A DNA stretch of 63,285 bases, counting the filler, from Kipferlia bialata (Eukaryota), in NCBI GenBank assembly GCA_003568945.1. It is 3 parts of 3 records of this genome, joined end to end, with 100 filler letters (N's around TTAATTAATTAA, not from the genome) between each part and the next. Parts side by side here need not be neighbours in the genome. Positions count along the whole stretch, not along the records: positions 1 to 21,050 come from BDIP01000342.1; positions 21,151 to 42,191 come from BDIP01000343.1; 1 more part is not named here. One strand, given 5' to 3'. Of the stretch, positions 12,091 to 25,924 are shown piece after piece (the stretch's first letter is position 1; every line of letters starts with the position of its first letter). Position numbers and translations under genes: made by a program. The notes beneath the pieces were generated by a model. That model saw only the letters and a program-made list of their open reading frames with translations, was not told where the DNA came from and made no database searches.

Positions 12091-15000
12091 TAGAGAGAGA
12101 GAGGGAGAGGGAGAGTGAGATGTACGCGATAGCAGTTCTACACCAAGTAACTGATATCTTCTTGTGTTTTTGAATCAATGGAGAGATGGAGCGAGAGAGA
12201 GAGTACCTACCTGGTTCGGGAGGCCTGTCAGAGTGGAGTGGACGGTGGATACACCGACCCTGGGGTGAGGGAGGAGAGATGTAGACCTAGAGACTGGTGG
12301 ACTGAGCACCTTCACATCCAGTGTCAGAGAGAGGATACCTTCCCATGCCCCCGTCCAGTGAGCCATAGACCGAAGCACACTCGAGAGAGTCAGTCTTGAC
12401 CTATCGGGTAAGGGTAAGAGAGAGATTGGGAACATACATATACATATATATACTGATATACCTCCTGCACCCCCTCCCGCACTGTGACAGTGTACACCCC
12501 CTCCATCCCTAGGGAGGTGGTCATGGCATAGCTGCCACTCTCAGACACCGTGTCCTGCTCCGCCACTACACCATTGAGAGAGAGAGCAACGTCAAGGGTC
12601 AAGGGTCCAGTCATGGCCACGTTGCACAGATCCATAGGGTGTACAGTGAGAGTGACGGCCTCATCCACCACTGCACGGCTGGGGTCCATGATCACATATG
12701 TGTAGGTGTCCCTGATCACAGAGACCAGGGTCACAGTCTGAGTGGCAATGGGGGTGCCGTCTAGCTTCAGGGTGAGGGTGTGGGCCCCGGGGGCAGACAG
12801 AGAGATGGCCAAGGTGTAGGTGCCAGCTGCGTAGACAACGGGGACGACAGTAGCGTCCTCCCAGGTGGCGGTGAGGAGAGATGACCTGGGAATAAGAGTA
12901 TAGAAGGATACGCATATACACATACACATACATACAAGTATACATACCGAGGAGAGAGGACCTGGGGGGTGAGGAGAGGGTAGAGAGAGACAGAGAGAGA
13001 GAGAGAGGGATGTCCCCACCTGTCTGTCGTGTATGCAGCCCCGTTCTTGAGGAGAGAGAATGTGCCTGTCCCTGACTGACACGTGCCTGTGATGGGGAGG
13101 GTGAGGTCGGTGCAGGTGATGACCTCGGAGGTGGACACGCTCTCAGACAATACCTCCACGGCACCCACGCTTACAGTGACGTCCAGCGACACGGTAGCCA
13201 CGCCCTCTGTGCCGGACAGGGAGTATGTGTGGGAGGTCCCGTCCCAGGTGAGTGTCCTGGCCACTCCGTCCCACTCGAGGACGGGGGATATGTCAGAGGT
13301 GATGGTGACACCAGCTACGTCCTTGAGGGTCAGCACCACAGTGTAGGCCTCCTCAGTGCCGGTGGGGAGGCCTGTGAGGGTGGAGTGGGTGGAGGAGACA
13401 CCGACAGCGTCAGACCCCACTGTCACAAACACAGGGGCTATGTCAATGGTGTCGGAGTGGATGTCGGTCCCGCCCTCGGAGAGGGTGTAGGTGTACACGC
13501 CCTGGGGTGAAAGAGAGGATAGCGACTATGAGAAGCATATGAGTTATAGAGGGGACGCTAGGGAGGGAAAGATGGCAGGCCAGTAGCTGAGAGACTGGGA
13601 AAAGACAAATCAGTACGTTCATCCCATTCCTGTCGGACGTTCTCACTATACTATATACAAATACAGAGAGAGAGAGAGAGATACCTCATTCACAAGGTAG
13701 AGTTCGACACTCCATCCGTACTCCTCTGTGAGTGCGTCGCTGACATTAGAGAGATGTATACACTATATATATTGAAGAGAGAGATATACATGGAGAGAGA
13801 GAGGCGGGTGATCTACCACTGCATGAGTTAATCGCTGAGGGGTGAGACAGAGACGGATCTAGAACGTCAAGACATATGGGTGTCAATACATGGAGAGAGA
13901 GAGCGATGAGGACTCACGCTGGCAGGCAGCTGTTGTCGGCGTCGCACTGGCTGAAGTCGAGTACGGTCCCTGGAATGTTGTTGTTACAGTCATCCTATGG
14001 TGAGTCTGAGTGGACAATACTAGTCGGTATGGAGTAGTATAGTCACACATCCACAGCAAGAGAGGGGCATAGCTATCAGCTGTAACACTACAGTGTAACA
14101 CACACAGGGAGAGAGATGGGAATGGAGTAAGTGGGACAAAGAGTATTACTCTAATACCTTTGGGAGGCATGTGAAGACAAAGTCCCCACTGAGGTCAATT
14201 CCATCGGGATCCCCTGGGGTCAGTGACATAATAGAGAGGGCAGAGGATTAAGAGTGAAGAGATTCAAGATTAGAGATCATACTGTTGGGAGAGCGAAAGA
14301 GTGAGAGAGAGGGGGGAGTACCTAGTGTACTGTGAGTGGGCAGCACCCATGTGGCGATGGTCTTGGCTGTGTTCAGCTGCTGGGGGTGAGGGGGGCAGAG
14401 GAGGCGCAGGCACAGAGTCTAATATGTTAATATACATATATAAACATATACATATATATATATAGACGTAGTACCTGAGCCAGGGTGGCCACTGCGGTAC
14501 CCACGATGTCATTCTCAAGCCTGAGTGTTGGACAGGCAGAGGCAGAGAGAAGTAGGGAGACGGATACATACAGGGCATACCACCCTCTGTGTGGGAGAGA
14601 GAGAGAGAGAGACATACTCCACTAGCCGTACCACACTGTGAATGTGCTGTCTCCTGCGGTGGAAGGGGCAGTGATGTCAACTGTGTAGGTGTTGTCACCG
14701 CTATTCCAGGTGGGTATCTGGGAATGAGAGGGCGCAGAGAGAGAGAAAGGAATGTTCACGACTACATAATTGTTCAGATGCTACCATACCATCCTAGTAG
14801 AGGGAGAGAGAGGGAGAGAAGGCGAGACATACCAGAGTGTTGTCGACTGTGCCCCATCCGAGGGTGATGTCTGAGGTGTGGTCCACTGTGATCGTTGCAT
14901 CGTCCTGCAGTGAGGAAGAGAGAGAGAGAGATGGAGAGGGAGAGTAGACAATTGAGAATCTATCAGAGCAGGCCTCTTCAAAGCAAAGCCTGAGGTTGCA

Positions 15001-16131
15001 TTGAGTCACTGGATCAATATCGAGATACAGAGAGAGAAACAGAGAGAGAGAGAGAGAGGTGTACCTCCTCGAGAGTGAACACCAGTGTCTGTGTGCCGCA
15101 TGTGGAGTCGAGGGTGAGGGTGGGGAGGACGGCCTCAATGGAGACTGGGGGGAGCAGGGAGTACCGGTACACACCTAGGGGTGAGGTGACAGGAAGGGGG
15201 CGGGAGAGAGAGTAGGAGACTACCTCCAACGTTGGCCGTAGAGGGAACGGCCACTCCAGCCGTGACAAGAGGAGCATCCTCACTAGGGTGAGTGTGAACA
15301 CATAGCCCATGGAGAGAGAGAAGGAGACAGATAGAGGCAGGGATAGTGGCATGTCATGCTGTAGCGAGTGCAATCGTGATTCCACGCAGAGAATGACATG
15401 GGTAGTAACAGTAATAGATACCTATATATATACAATTATGGTATATACCAATATATATAAAACGAATATTGCATAGAGTAAATATAGAGAGAAAAGGGAG
15501 GCACCTGCCGACCATGAGGGATGTCGCACTGTTGATAAAGAGACCGGAGGCGAACCCTGTGGCCTCAGCGTACCTGGGTGAGAGACAGACAGAGAGAGAG
15601 GAAAGCAAAGAGGTTGTTATGAGAACTCAGTGAGAGACTACTCCAAATTCACTCACGCAAGAGACGGGTAATAGTAGGCAACAGATAGGAGAGAGAGAGA
15701 GAGACGCACGCTGGGATGGCCTGTCTGATCGTGGTGCCCCAGGGGTCTGACGCGACACCTGAGTCTCTGGTCCACACTGGGGTCAGATGGAGTGTGTGAC
15801 TAGGGTATCTATATATCTATCTATATATATAATATGGTATATATTTGTATATATACATAGGGACAATATGTCTAAGAGTCTCTGGTCCAGATAGTGTGTG
15901 GGTATGGGGAGAGTCTGCAACACTATATAGGGTACGGAGTTTCAGCGTCTCACTCCCACAAAGATACTCGTAAAACTAGTCTCTTTTACACTAATTGTGT
16001 ACTTAGTACAAATTGTGTAGAGAGAGAGTGGATACATACCCGCTGCATATGTGGCGCCTGACATCTTGTTCGTAGCGGCTACAACTCCATAGCCTGCGGC
16101 CTGCGGGCATGAGAAACTGAGACAGAGAGAC

Positions 16132-16169
<38 letters not shown>

Positions 16170-18812
16170 GGAGACCGTACCACACGTGTTCCGAGACCAT
16201 CGTTCTCTACCGAAGCAGGGTCAATGAGATTGGCCTCCTGAGGGATGAGAGAGAGAGAGGGGGGGGTTATGATGAGAGTGGTGTTATGGAGATGAGAGGG
16301 TAGTACGTAGACATTTCAGGTTCCACTACAGAGACAGAAGTACACACACAGAGACTAAGTGAGAGAGCGAGAGGTACCTCTTCCCATTGCATAGTGCTGC
16401 TGTCTAGGGCATACACAGTCACACTACCAACGTCCAAAGCTGGTTTCATCAGTAACAATGGTGTAGAGGGGGGGGGAATAGGGAAACCCAACAGACTCTG
16501 TAATTGCCGAAATGTGTAGAGAGGAGGGGATATAGAGCGATACCTGAGTCTACGAGTGTCGATGTCACTCCGAAGGCCACAATGCCACTGTCCCCACTGG
16601 AAGTTAGGTGTGATAGAGAGAGAGTAAGAACGATTTATGGCAACGAAAGAGAACTGAATATATATCCACAACACTATAGAATATTTGATAATATCAACAG
16701 TACAGAATATACATTACCCAAGACCATTGGGACATAGGACCATTGTAATCTGATATATATATGTATATGATAGATACCGACCGTGGCCTTTCCCAACACT
16801 TGTGTATCAATAGACACACAAGTATACATGCAACTACTGTATACCATGTATAAGTATATCCAAGACGCCACTATGACGATAGCAATACACTCAATACATG
16901 GCTAACAGAAACCGATTTGCTATTCCACAAAGACATACACATATCAAGAGTCACAGCATACCAGGACTCTAGATATTTCTATCGAAAGAGCACTAGCAAT
17001 ATTCAGTATGTCTAATACCTGGTCCAGTCGAATATCTAACATACCCATAGTGTCTATATACATGTGTGTCTATGTATGTGTATATGTGGCATGTATATAC
17101 CTTGTCCAATCGAATGCACAGTCATACGCAACTTCCCCATTAAGTTGCTGGAGGGCAGGAACCATGCTGCTGGGATTATCAGCAATGTACCTGTAGGTGT
17201 GAGAGTGAGAGAGACACATAGAGAGACACAGAAGGAGAGATACGTACTGACTGTCCTGTGGGTGAGAGAGACTGTATATATGGAGATATATACATCTTTT
17301 CACGAGGGGAGACATCGACATCAATATACGATATGCCAAAGTGATTGCCAGACACTGAGAGAGAGAGAGAGTGTGATGGTGAGTCACTCAGTCACTAAGT
17401 GAGAGAATCCTAAGTATCTGTATACACACAGATGTAACTCACTCAGAATCAGTCATGTCGCTTATGTAGGTCCCTGCTCCGGAGTGCATCATGAGTACAA
17501 ACCAGTTGTTCTCAATGGCAAAGGCATTGACGTTCTGACTGGTTAGAAGTAGAGGAGGGGGAGGGGGACTACAGTCAAAGGGGAGAGAGTACAGTTAGAG
17601 TACAGAGTGCAGTTCAACAGAAGACAGAAAACTATACTATAACAACCATAAAACTCATATTCTCTATCCGAGTAAGATACTCTCCACGAATAGAAGAATC
17701 ACGCCAGTAGATAGTGTGAGTGATTTGGCCGAGAACTGTACGCGACACAGGATGATTCGCAGATATACTGATATTGATGATTCGCGAGAGCGGACGCCAC
17801 ATAGAGGGGTAGAAGAGGACGTACACTACCGTCATTTAACCACAGGTGGAAGGGGCCATACCCGCTACCTTCGGTGTAGTAGGAAAACCTATTGGTCAGG
17901 GGCAGAGCAGGGAGAGAGAGACAGACTAAGAGCTACCCTATAGATCAAATCCATAACAAGCTGCTGCATAGGTACCATAGAAATCTCTCCATATAAGTAT
18001 TGAACACATACATGTGTATATTATTCTGTGATCATACGCGACGTATGTCCAACGGTGAAACACAAAACGTACCAGAGACCGTCAAGAGTGGAGTCGTTGT
18101 CATTGTAGATGCACGTGGCGGCAATGCCTGGGGGGTAGAGAGAGAGGGAATAGAGGGTTGGGGACGGGAGTAGGGACACACACGCATATACATGCATATA
18201 TACCTGGAGATAGTGCCACACGGGATCCGAATCCCCCGAATGGTGTGACTCCTCCCGCACAAAGGGAAATATCCTCACAATTGGGCGACTTTAGCTGCCA
18301 TAAGGGAGAGAGAGAACGAGAGAGAGAGAGAGAGAGAGAGAGCGGGGGCGAAGGGAATAATTGCATGCTTGGATATCGACCCCACGGAATGTCAAGCTCC
18401 AGTGCCCATACCAGCACACACCGTTGAACAAGGAATCTGCACACCGTCACAACCTCTCCCTCTACACGTGTATTAGTGGACGAATATCATAAGTGTTCGC
18501 TCCCTTCCTCGCTTTTCGTCCCTCTCCCTCACATACCTCATACTGGAAAGTCCATGCGTCAGCACTGTACTCATAAATGAGAACGGAGCCCATACCTGAT
18601 GTAAGGGTCACGAGAGAGAGACAGAGAGACGGAGCAAGAAACACTTGCCGATCTACTAAGGGAGAAGAGAGAGAGAGTATGATACGCCACAGGGGGTGAC
18701 TAGACAGACAGAGAGACAATAAGAGAGTATACATCTCCACTCACTCACTATAGCATCAGTAAAGAGTTCGTAGAGATGATGCCACACGGCCACGGGATGC
18801 CCCAACTCCATT

Positions 18813-18855
<43 letters not shown>

Positions 18856-20486
18856 TATATACACATTCGTACTCTTGCTCTGGTGGATTGACCATGCCTC
18901 TGTGGCACCGATTGCCATCCTGTCACCTGGGGTTAGAGGGTGTAGGGAGAGAGAGAGTGGGAGGGGGAAATATGCAGCTATTACAGGAGGGTGGTACTGC
19001 TAAAGGAGAGCAAAGGAAAGAAAACACCACTTAGAGGTGATGTAAGGGAGAGATACAGAGAGAGAACTTACCGCTGATTGCCACGTCTGTTCCGAATCCC
19101 ACATCAACAGAAGCACATGCAGCAGCGTCACTGGTAGTAGAGGGGGGGGGGAGAATAAGAGGGAGAAAGAGTCCAGCATAAACGCAAGTGCGAGAGAGAG
19201 AGGGGGGGGAGTACCTGCTCACACATACAGAGTCAGGGCGGGTGAGAGTGGAGTGGAGGTCCCATCCACCGGAGGCATTCTCCTTATACATGACAACCTG
19301 GCATGAGGGTATGGGTATGGGTATTTAAGGGGTAGCAACACACACAGAAAGAGAGAGAGGGGCGGGGAGGGGAGAGAGAGAGAGAGAGAGACCGGGGTAG
19401 GTCGGGGATTGGGGGGCCGGCCGGCTCTCCCTCCCACTCGCAGTATGTATGAATGGCTCACCTTCTCATCTCCGGGCAGGACTGATCCAAGGGCCATCCA
19501 ACTGGGTTGAGAGGGTGAGAGAGAGGTAGAGAGAGAGAGTGGGAGTATATGGAGAAACCCATGTCCATCCAGTAATATATAGGTCAAGAGGGCGTGATTG
19601 GTGGAACACAGCACTCTCCATATCGCCAATGTTTATACATCCAGTCATACCTTCCCTCTACGTCCATGGCCTGACCAAAGCCTGACTCAGCAGCTGATGT
19701 TAGGGACAGAGAAGGATATATATATATGGACACGGTGCAGAGAGAAGAGAGTAAGGAGAGCAGATATAGAGACAAGCACGGGGGGGGGGGGGGGGGCTGC
19801 CGACTGAAGAACCGTATTGTAAACACAAGGAACAATAGACCCAGTGTTGTACTACTCACCTGTACCGGGCTGTGTGAACCCCTTGACATCCAGTATGTTG
19901 GCTGGATCAACGGCACAGACGGCCTGAGGGTGAGGGAGACTCCGATGTGTATACATACATGGTACATGCATAGAGGGGGAGACTTGGAGAGGGAGCCACA
20001 TGTCAATGTGGGAGAGAAAGATACTTCCCAAACAGAGAGATAGATGGGGGAAGGGGGGGGGGGGGCTGTGCCAGGCTGTGACACCTTTCATCTGGGTTAT
20101 ATGGTAGAGACGATGATAGACAGGTGGTGCCTGTACCAATGTTACATACATAAGATCGATAATTAAACGCCATCATTTTAACAGGTCAAACGCCACCGAG
20201 GTAAATAACACTATACACCTGTGATAGAGAGAGACCTATTCATATATATTCTCATATGCATGTACCCCAGCACAGCCCTATGAGTTCCCGCCACTCAGGC
20301 GGGGAGAGATACAAGGAACAGTGTAAATCAGAACCAAATCTGAACCAAATCTGAACCACCCTCTAGATACGCTCACGGTTAACAAGGCATTTACCCCTGC
20401 AGTACATGCCAACCTGTATGTACCTGTTCCACAAGGCTCAGGAATGCCAATAACAGGGCCAGTAGTGGCACTATTCGCATTAGCAT
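11243..20486 (-). CDS. Large type I membrane protein: signal peptide, FG-GAP beta-propeller, Ig/invasin-like repeats, TM helix, short tail
   Basis: Signal MLMRIVPLLALLLAFLSLVEQ/AVCA. FG-GAP blades GFGQAMDVEG.WMALG, GFGTDVAISGDRMAIGA, GFGSRVALSP with GSVLIYE/GSVTVYA strands. Thr/Val-rich beta-sandwich exons at 11.6-15.2 kb carry the repeated HSTLTGLP. TM AVYIAAAAVGATAVGAVSTVSVV is followed by KAKAKTKNKSK. Stop TAG at 11243-11245. Confidence 0.75.
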
Positions 20487-21050
20487 CCTGAAGAGAAGGC
20501 GATTATCGATGAACTTTATTTCCGACCACCACAGAGCTCGGTTCGATTTGGCATTTGCCAAAACTACACAAAAACTGGAGCTGGACCCTTGCTGATCAGT
20601 GTCAGCCACTAGATATGAAACAATTTGGCCAGCCCTTGGGGCCTACACGCAACGCCCCATCTATACGCCACTATAGAAGAAATCTATGTTTTGGGCGTAC
20701 GTCACTATTAAGGAATAGTCACTTCTATACTACAAATAAGGGGCAAGGCTTGAAAATTTAGTAGAGAGTCGTTACACTAGGCCTATAATAGTACTTGTAT
20801 AATACTTGTATAATAATACAAGACAGGAGGACTTTCTCTGCCATTATCAGTATTAATACTGATGAAGTGGGTTCGATGGTACATGGACAGGAATCGGCAC
20901 ATTTACATTATTTACCCATTCTTCCATACGACCCCTTAATCACTCCTCCACTTCAATAAACAGTCGTCATGGCACTCTGGAAACTCAATGAAAACAAGGG
21001 TGACAACCGAAGATTACATCCGACTCTTTCCGAGGGACGTGCTAATCTTC

Positions 21051-21150
21051 NNNNNNNNNNNNNNNNNNNNNNNNNNNNNNNNNNNNNNNNNNNNTTAATT
21101 AATTAANNNNNNNNNNNNNNNNNNNNNNNNNNNNNNNNNNNNNNNNNNNN
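21051..21150. other. Artificial 100-bp scaffold spacer
   Basis: 44 N + TTAATTAATTAA (stops in all six frames) + 44 N. Confidence 0.95.
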
Positions 21151-21205
<55 letters not shown>

Positions 21206-21211
21206 CCTCAG

Positions 21212-21404
21212 CCTGCCATGTCAGTCCAAACTGGTAATCAACCGGCAGGTATTGATATATAGATAGAAGTAGATATATATATATATATATACAGAGAGAG
21301 AGAGAGAGATAGACCCCAGCCTGCCATATCAGTGCAGACTGGTAATCAACTGGCAGGTATTGGTATCTATAATAATATGTATCTATTACTATATATATGT
21401 TGAA

Positions 21405-21450
<46 letters not shown>

Positions 21451-22504
21451 GCCACAGCCATATCAGTAAAGACAGGGAACCAGCCAGCAGATTGGTGTCC
21501 TAGCTATTTTGAAATTGTTATTTCAGTTACTGTTACTGTTACTGAATTTTTAAAACCTACATTATATACTCATTCTAGGCCGATCCTCTGTGGAGTGGAT
21601 GTAAACAGCAGCAGACATATATACTATATATTATGTATGTGGGTCTTACATTATGTACTGCATATATATAGTTGTACTTACATCAGGCCGATCCTCCGTT
21701 GAGTGGATCTGGACAGCAGCGGCATTTATCATAAATTATATACTATATATATGTACTACATGTATATATCTCTATAGATACTGACTGATATCTAGGCCGA
21801 TCCTCCGTTGAGTGGATCTGGACAGCAGCGGCACCCAATGCATTCAGCACAACCCATGGAGGTATAGGAGTATAAGGGTCTGATTACACATAAGAGTGTG
21901 TACTTACAACGTATACATGACTGGATATTTCTCCTCTCTCCACCATGCACATTTTCGCCCTTGCAGAGTCTAGTAGTGTATTTAATCATGTATACCAGTG
22001 TGTGGTTACGTTTCATTACTTATATTAGCTATCATAGAGATTGTCTTTCCCTTAAGTACCCTTTTCCCTAAGGACAGTATAGCATAATATACAATGATAT
22101 CTGTATACATATATATATATATGTATGCGATACCATCTCACAAGTAGGCATATTGGAGATTGCATTGCCCTTGAATGCCCTCCTCCCCATGGACAGTCTA
22201 GGAACAGGGTCGCTCAGTGATGACATAGAGATCATAATGAGGGTCAAGGATATCGAGAATCAGGTATACATAACATATATTGTATATATACATCTTTGTA
22301 TTTAGATATATTTATATATATGTAACTCAGTGATGATATAGAGATCATAATGAGGGTCAAGGATATCGAGAATCAGGTACGAGAGAACTATGAGTGTTTA
22401 CAGCATCTCGTCAACTATTGACTTTCTGATACTAGTATTCTTTCTGATACTAGTATTCTTTCTTCATATTCAGTTCCTCCGTGTGATCACGTCCCATGGC
22501 ACTG

Positions 22505-22535
<31 letters not shown>

Positions 22536-23725
22536 TCCATAGTAGTGTATATACATATCCCCCCTTCTCACAACTAGTATCTCCGTGTCATCCCGTCCCC
22601 TGGCACTGCCCTCACAGTCACACTCACAGAGGACACAGGTATATGGTAGATTATATATATACATATATATATATGTGTGTGTGTGTGTGTGTATGTAGAG
22701 AGAGAGAGAAGGAGAGAGAGAGAGAGAGGGACTGCACTCACAGTCACACTCACTGAGGACACAGGTAACCAAGTGATTGGATGATATTGTCTGTTTGTGT
22801 CACCATATTTGCGTATACAGTATATGAATGTACTGTACTTGTCTTCTGAGACTGCCCTCACAGTCACGGAGGATGCAGGTATGTGAGTTTATGGGATTAT
22901 ATATAATGTGATTGTGCTATCTCAGTATGTAACCCTAGGCCTTGTTGCCTTCCTCATTGGTGCTGCCAAGTGGATTGCCATACTCACTGTGACAGGGTCA
23001 TTCATGGCATATGTATATGACACACAGCTCAAGGTATGTTTATGTTCTTGGTATATTTATGTTCTCTCTCTCTCTCTCTATCTCAACATATATATATAGA
23101 TTGATACATATATGGTATCCAATTGGTATAGTACACTGTGACTGGGTCGTTCATGGCATATGTCTACGACTCACAGCTCAAGGTATACTACTGGAACTTG
23201 TATATATAGCACACGCATGTACATATATATATATATATATATATGTACATTGATGTGTGTGTGTGTGTGTGGTATGTATTGTCATTGTGTTTGGTCATGG
23301 CCTATGTGTACGACACACAGCTCAAGGTACATGTATACAAATACTCTCTTTCTTTCTCTCTCTCTCTACATATGTATAGATTGATACGCATACGGTAATC
23401 TCTCTCTCTCTTTCTCCCTCTTCGTCAAGGTATATACGACGCAGAGCTCAAGGTATATTATTCCTGTATTTATTCCTGTTACTGTGCTATTTTTGATTCA
23501 GAATTGGAGCAACTGTGTGCCTTGCTACATCTCACTCCAGGTGTACCTCAAGCGTACCCGCGACTTACACATATATTTGTACTTGTGTGACAAATACTTG
23601 TGTGTGATGGTGTATTATGAACTATTTCTCTTCCCTTACTCCAGGTGTACCTCAAGCGCACCCGCAAGTCCACCTTCCAGGCCAACAACATCGGACCCTT
23701 CTACTACAAGTTGAAGAGCCAGTAG
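21212..23725 (+). CDS. 3' part of a single-pass membrane protein (5' end off scaffold)
   Basis: Exons GRSSVEWIWTAAAPNAFSTTHG/ILEIALPLNALLPMDSLGTGSLSDDIEIIMRVKDIENQ/YLRVIPSPGTALTVTLTEDT/GLVAFLIGAAKWIAILTVTGSFMAYVYDTQLK (hydrophobic)/VYLKRTRKSTFQANNIGPFYYKLKSQ*. The LEIALPL strand weakly recalls DOMON-like/CBM9 domains. Confidence 0.6.
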
Positions 23726-23909
23726 ATACTTTACAGACCTCACAATAGATAATTTCATACTTGTGGTAAATTTGTTTCTACCCCTTCTCATACGTAACAG
23801 CGTGTCCACTTACAGTTTCGACATGATAGTATATCATACATCTTGTGTTGTACTGTAAGTATCCTACAGTTATTGCATTACAATACATGACACTTGTATA
23901 CAGGACCTT

Positions 23910-25396
23910 TACTCGTAATCATCCTCGTCATATGTTTGAGTCTCAGAATACTCGTCAGAGTCGTAGGAGTATGACTCAGACTTAGTCTGAGTCATACTGA
24001 GTCAGACTCTGAGATGTCTTCCTCCTCCTCGGAATACTCTACTCATGCAAGACCCAGTCTCTCTCTCCAGTCCGTGTCCCACTCTATCAGTCTACCCCAC
24101 CCCATCTGTTCACTGGGGTAGAGCAGAGACTCGTTGAGGGTGAGGATAACAGGACATTTCTCACTACACTTGTTAAAGTATAGCACTGAATGGTGATCAA
24201 GCCCCACAAAGAACAGGAGTCGCCGAATTTCATGCTTTCCCCATAACTCGTGTGCATCACGCACATAGGACCAATCCCCACTGATGGTGTCATAGAGATG
24301 GAACCCGTCGACACAAAGAAGGAGTATGAGCCGTCCATAAGCCTAGAGTTAGAAATTCAAACTTAGAATATTGTCAACTGGTATTAGCGATGTCTTGAGG
24401 TTGAAGAGGGATTATTAAACGTTGCTAACGGCCATACTTCCATATGCAAATTGTGCTTAATCTACCTCCCTCTAGTCCAATAGGTATAGTTTCCAATAGA
24501 GAGAGATACAAGTATAACGAAACGTACAATGGAGAACATGACTGGTGAGCCGGCGTCTTCTTTCCAATTGGTCGCCCCGTCCAGTACCCACCCTCCCTCT
24601 ATGGTGTACGTCCAATGACACAGGCTGTGTTCTGAGTCATCATAGAACAGGTGAAGGGTATCATGATGATACTATCATCCACCACCGTGTGACAGTATGA
24701 CTGCCCAAATACCGGTGATGTCCTACTATCCAGCGTCCACACATCTGTGTCAAGGTCGTAGAGACATGCACTGTGTTCGAAACGAGAGTGATCGATAGGT
24801 ACTATCACGATACAGTCGTCCAAAACACATACAAGCGGTCCGCATGGGGTATTGCCATACTCGTGTACTTCCAAGTTGACACCACTTGGTAGACGGATGA
24901 TGCCCCCGTCCCTGTCGATGCACTGAGTGGCAAGGCACAAACTAGTCTTAGCATGGCCATTTGGTTCAGCCAGGTCGATGAGAGTGATCGTGGGACGCGT
25001 GGCCGGGTAACTATCACCGTCTGCCGTACGAGGTCTGCTCCCTGTACCGAGCTCACATATGAATCCAGGCGTGTAGACCACTTCCAGTCCCGGACCATCA
25101 TACCTCATCTCTGTGGATATATGTCCTTCCCATGAGAGACACTGAGACTCAACGAGGCCCTGACAGAGGAACCAACGACTTGTTTTCCAAGACTCGTGTG
25201 CTAGTAAGATGCTCACTGATCCGCAGCTGATGATGTTACTTATGTCTGTACGCCTAACAGCGGGCTTTGTGACACTCTTAGTCTCAGTACCAGTGGGGGT
25301 GTTCTCTCTGACAGTGACAACACTCTCGCCAGGGAGAGACAGCCTACATGGCATAACAGCTATGGCCTCATTGTCATCAGTGGTACACTCGTCCAT
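23910..25396 (-). pseudogene. Kelch-like family paralog A, frameshifted
   Basis: Collinear with paralog B (PAVR, ITLIDLA, W..D.R, HWTY, GFHLYDTISGDW, ILTLNES..PSEQMGWGRLIEWDTDWRE). A 14-bp insertion at 24660-24673 breaks the frame. TGA at 24043-24045 precedes an acidic tail that is itself disrupted. One intron at 24343-24527. Confidence 0.7.
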
Positions 25397-25924
25397 TGAT
25401 ATGTCACTCACAATCGGCCACTACTTTACTGGTGAGACACTGTCTGGTGGGGCTGAAAAGAGCAGGAGAGGTGAAGACAGTGAACACGCTCCTCAAGTTG
25501 AGGGCCTCAACAGTATGAGGGTTTCTATAGGAATTCAATTTGAAACTCAAATAGAATTGCAGTAACTAGTATATAGGTTGAATGATCACAACTCAATCCG
25601 AACTGTATACAATGCTGCATTGTAACAATGCATCACGTGATTGGGACATTGTGCCAAGTTTATACAGTATATCATAAACTCCGTGATGAGAACCACCATT
25701 ATGCAACTTTATGATGAGTTATTGATCGTAGTACAATAACAGTACTACAGACTCTGTAGTGCAGAGTCACTAGACGGAGTTACAGACACTTTGACACTGC
25801 CCATCATATATGATATATTATATATCTTTGAGTTCCACCCCATACAGCCACCCAAACGTTGGGCCAAAGTTGTCGACGACAACTTGTCGTCATAATCATT
25901 GATCAAAAGAGTCCCCTACTCGTT

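Noticed and set aside
20330..20358. GAACCAAATCT tandem repeat (~2.5 copies) as a regulatory site
   Set aside because: It is a simple local duplication in the first intron of the FG-GAP gene with no other support.
20968..21050. Possible gene start at the end of scaffold 1 continuing into 21212+
   Set aside because: Too short to identify, and separated from the next piece by the artificial spacer.
21095..21106. TTAATTAATTAA as a piggyBac target or biological motif
   Set aside because: It is centred in symmetrical N runs and repeated identically at 42236-42247, so it is an assembly linker.
23000..23460. CRISPR-like repeat-spacer appearance (also 51045-51380, 59285-59620, 61860-62140)
   Set aside because: The repeats are diverged exon ends with splice sites, the spacers are variable low-complexity DNA, there are no cas genes and the context is eukaryotic.
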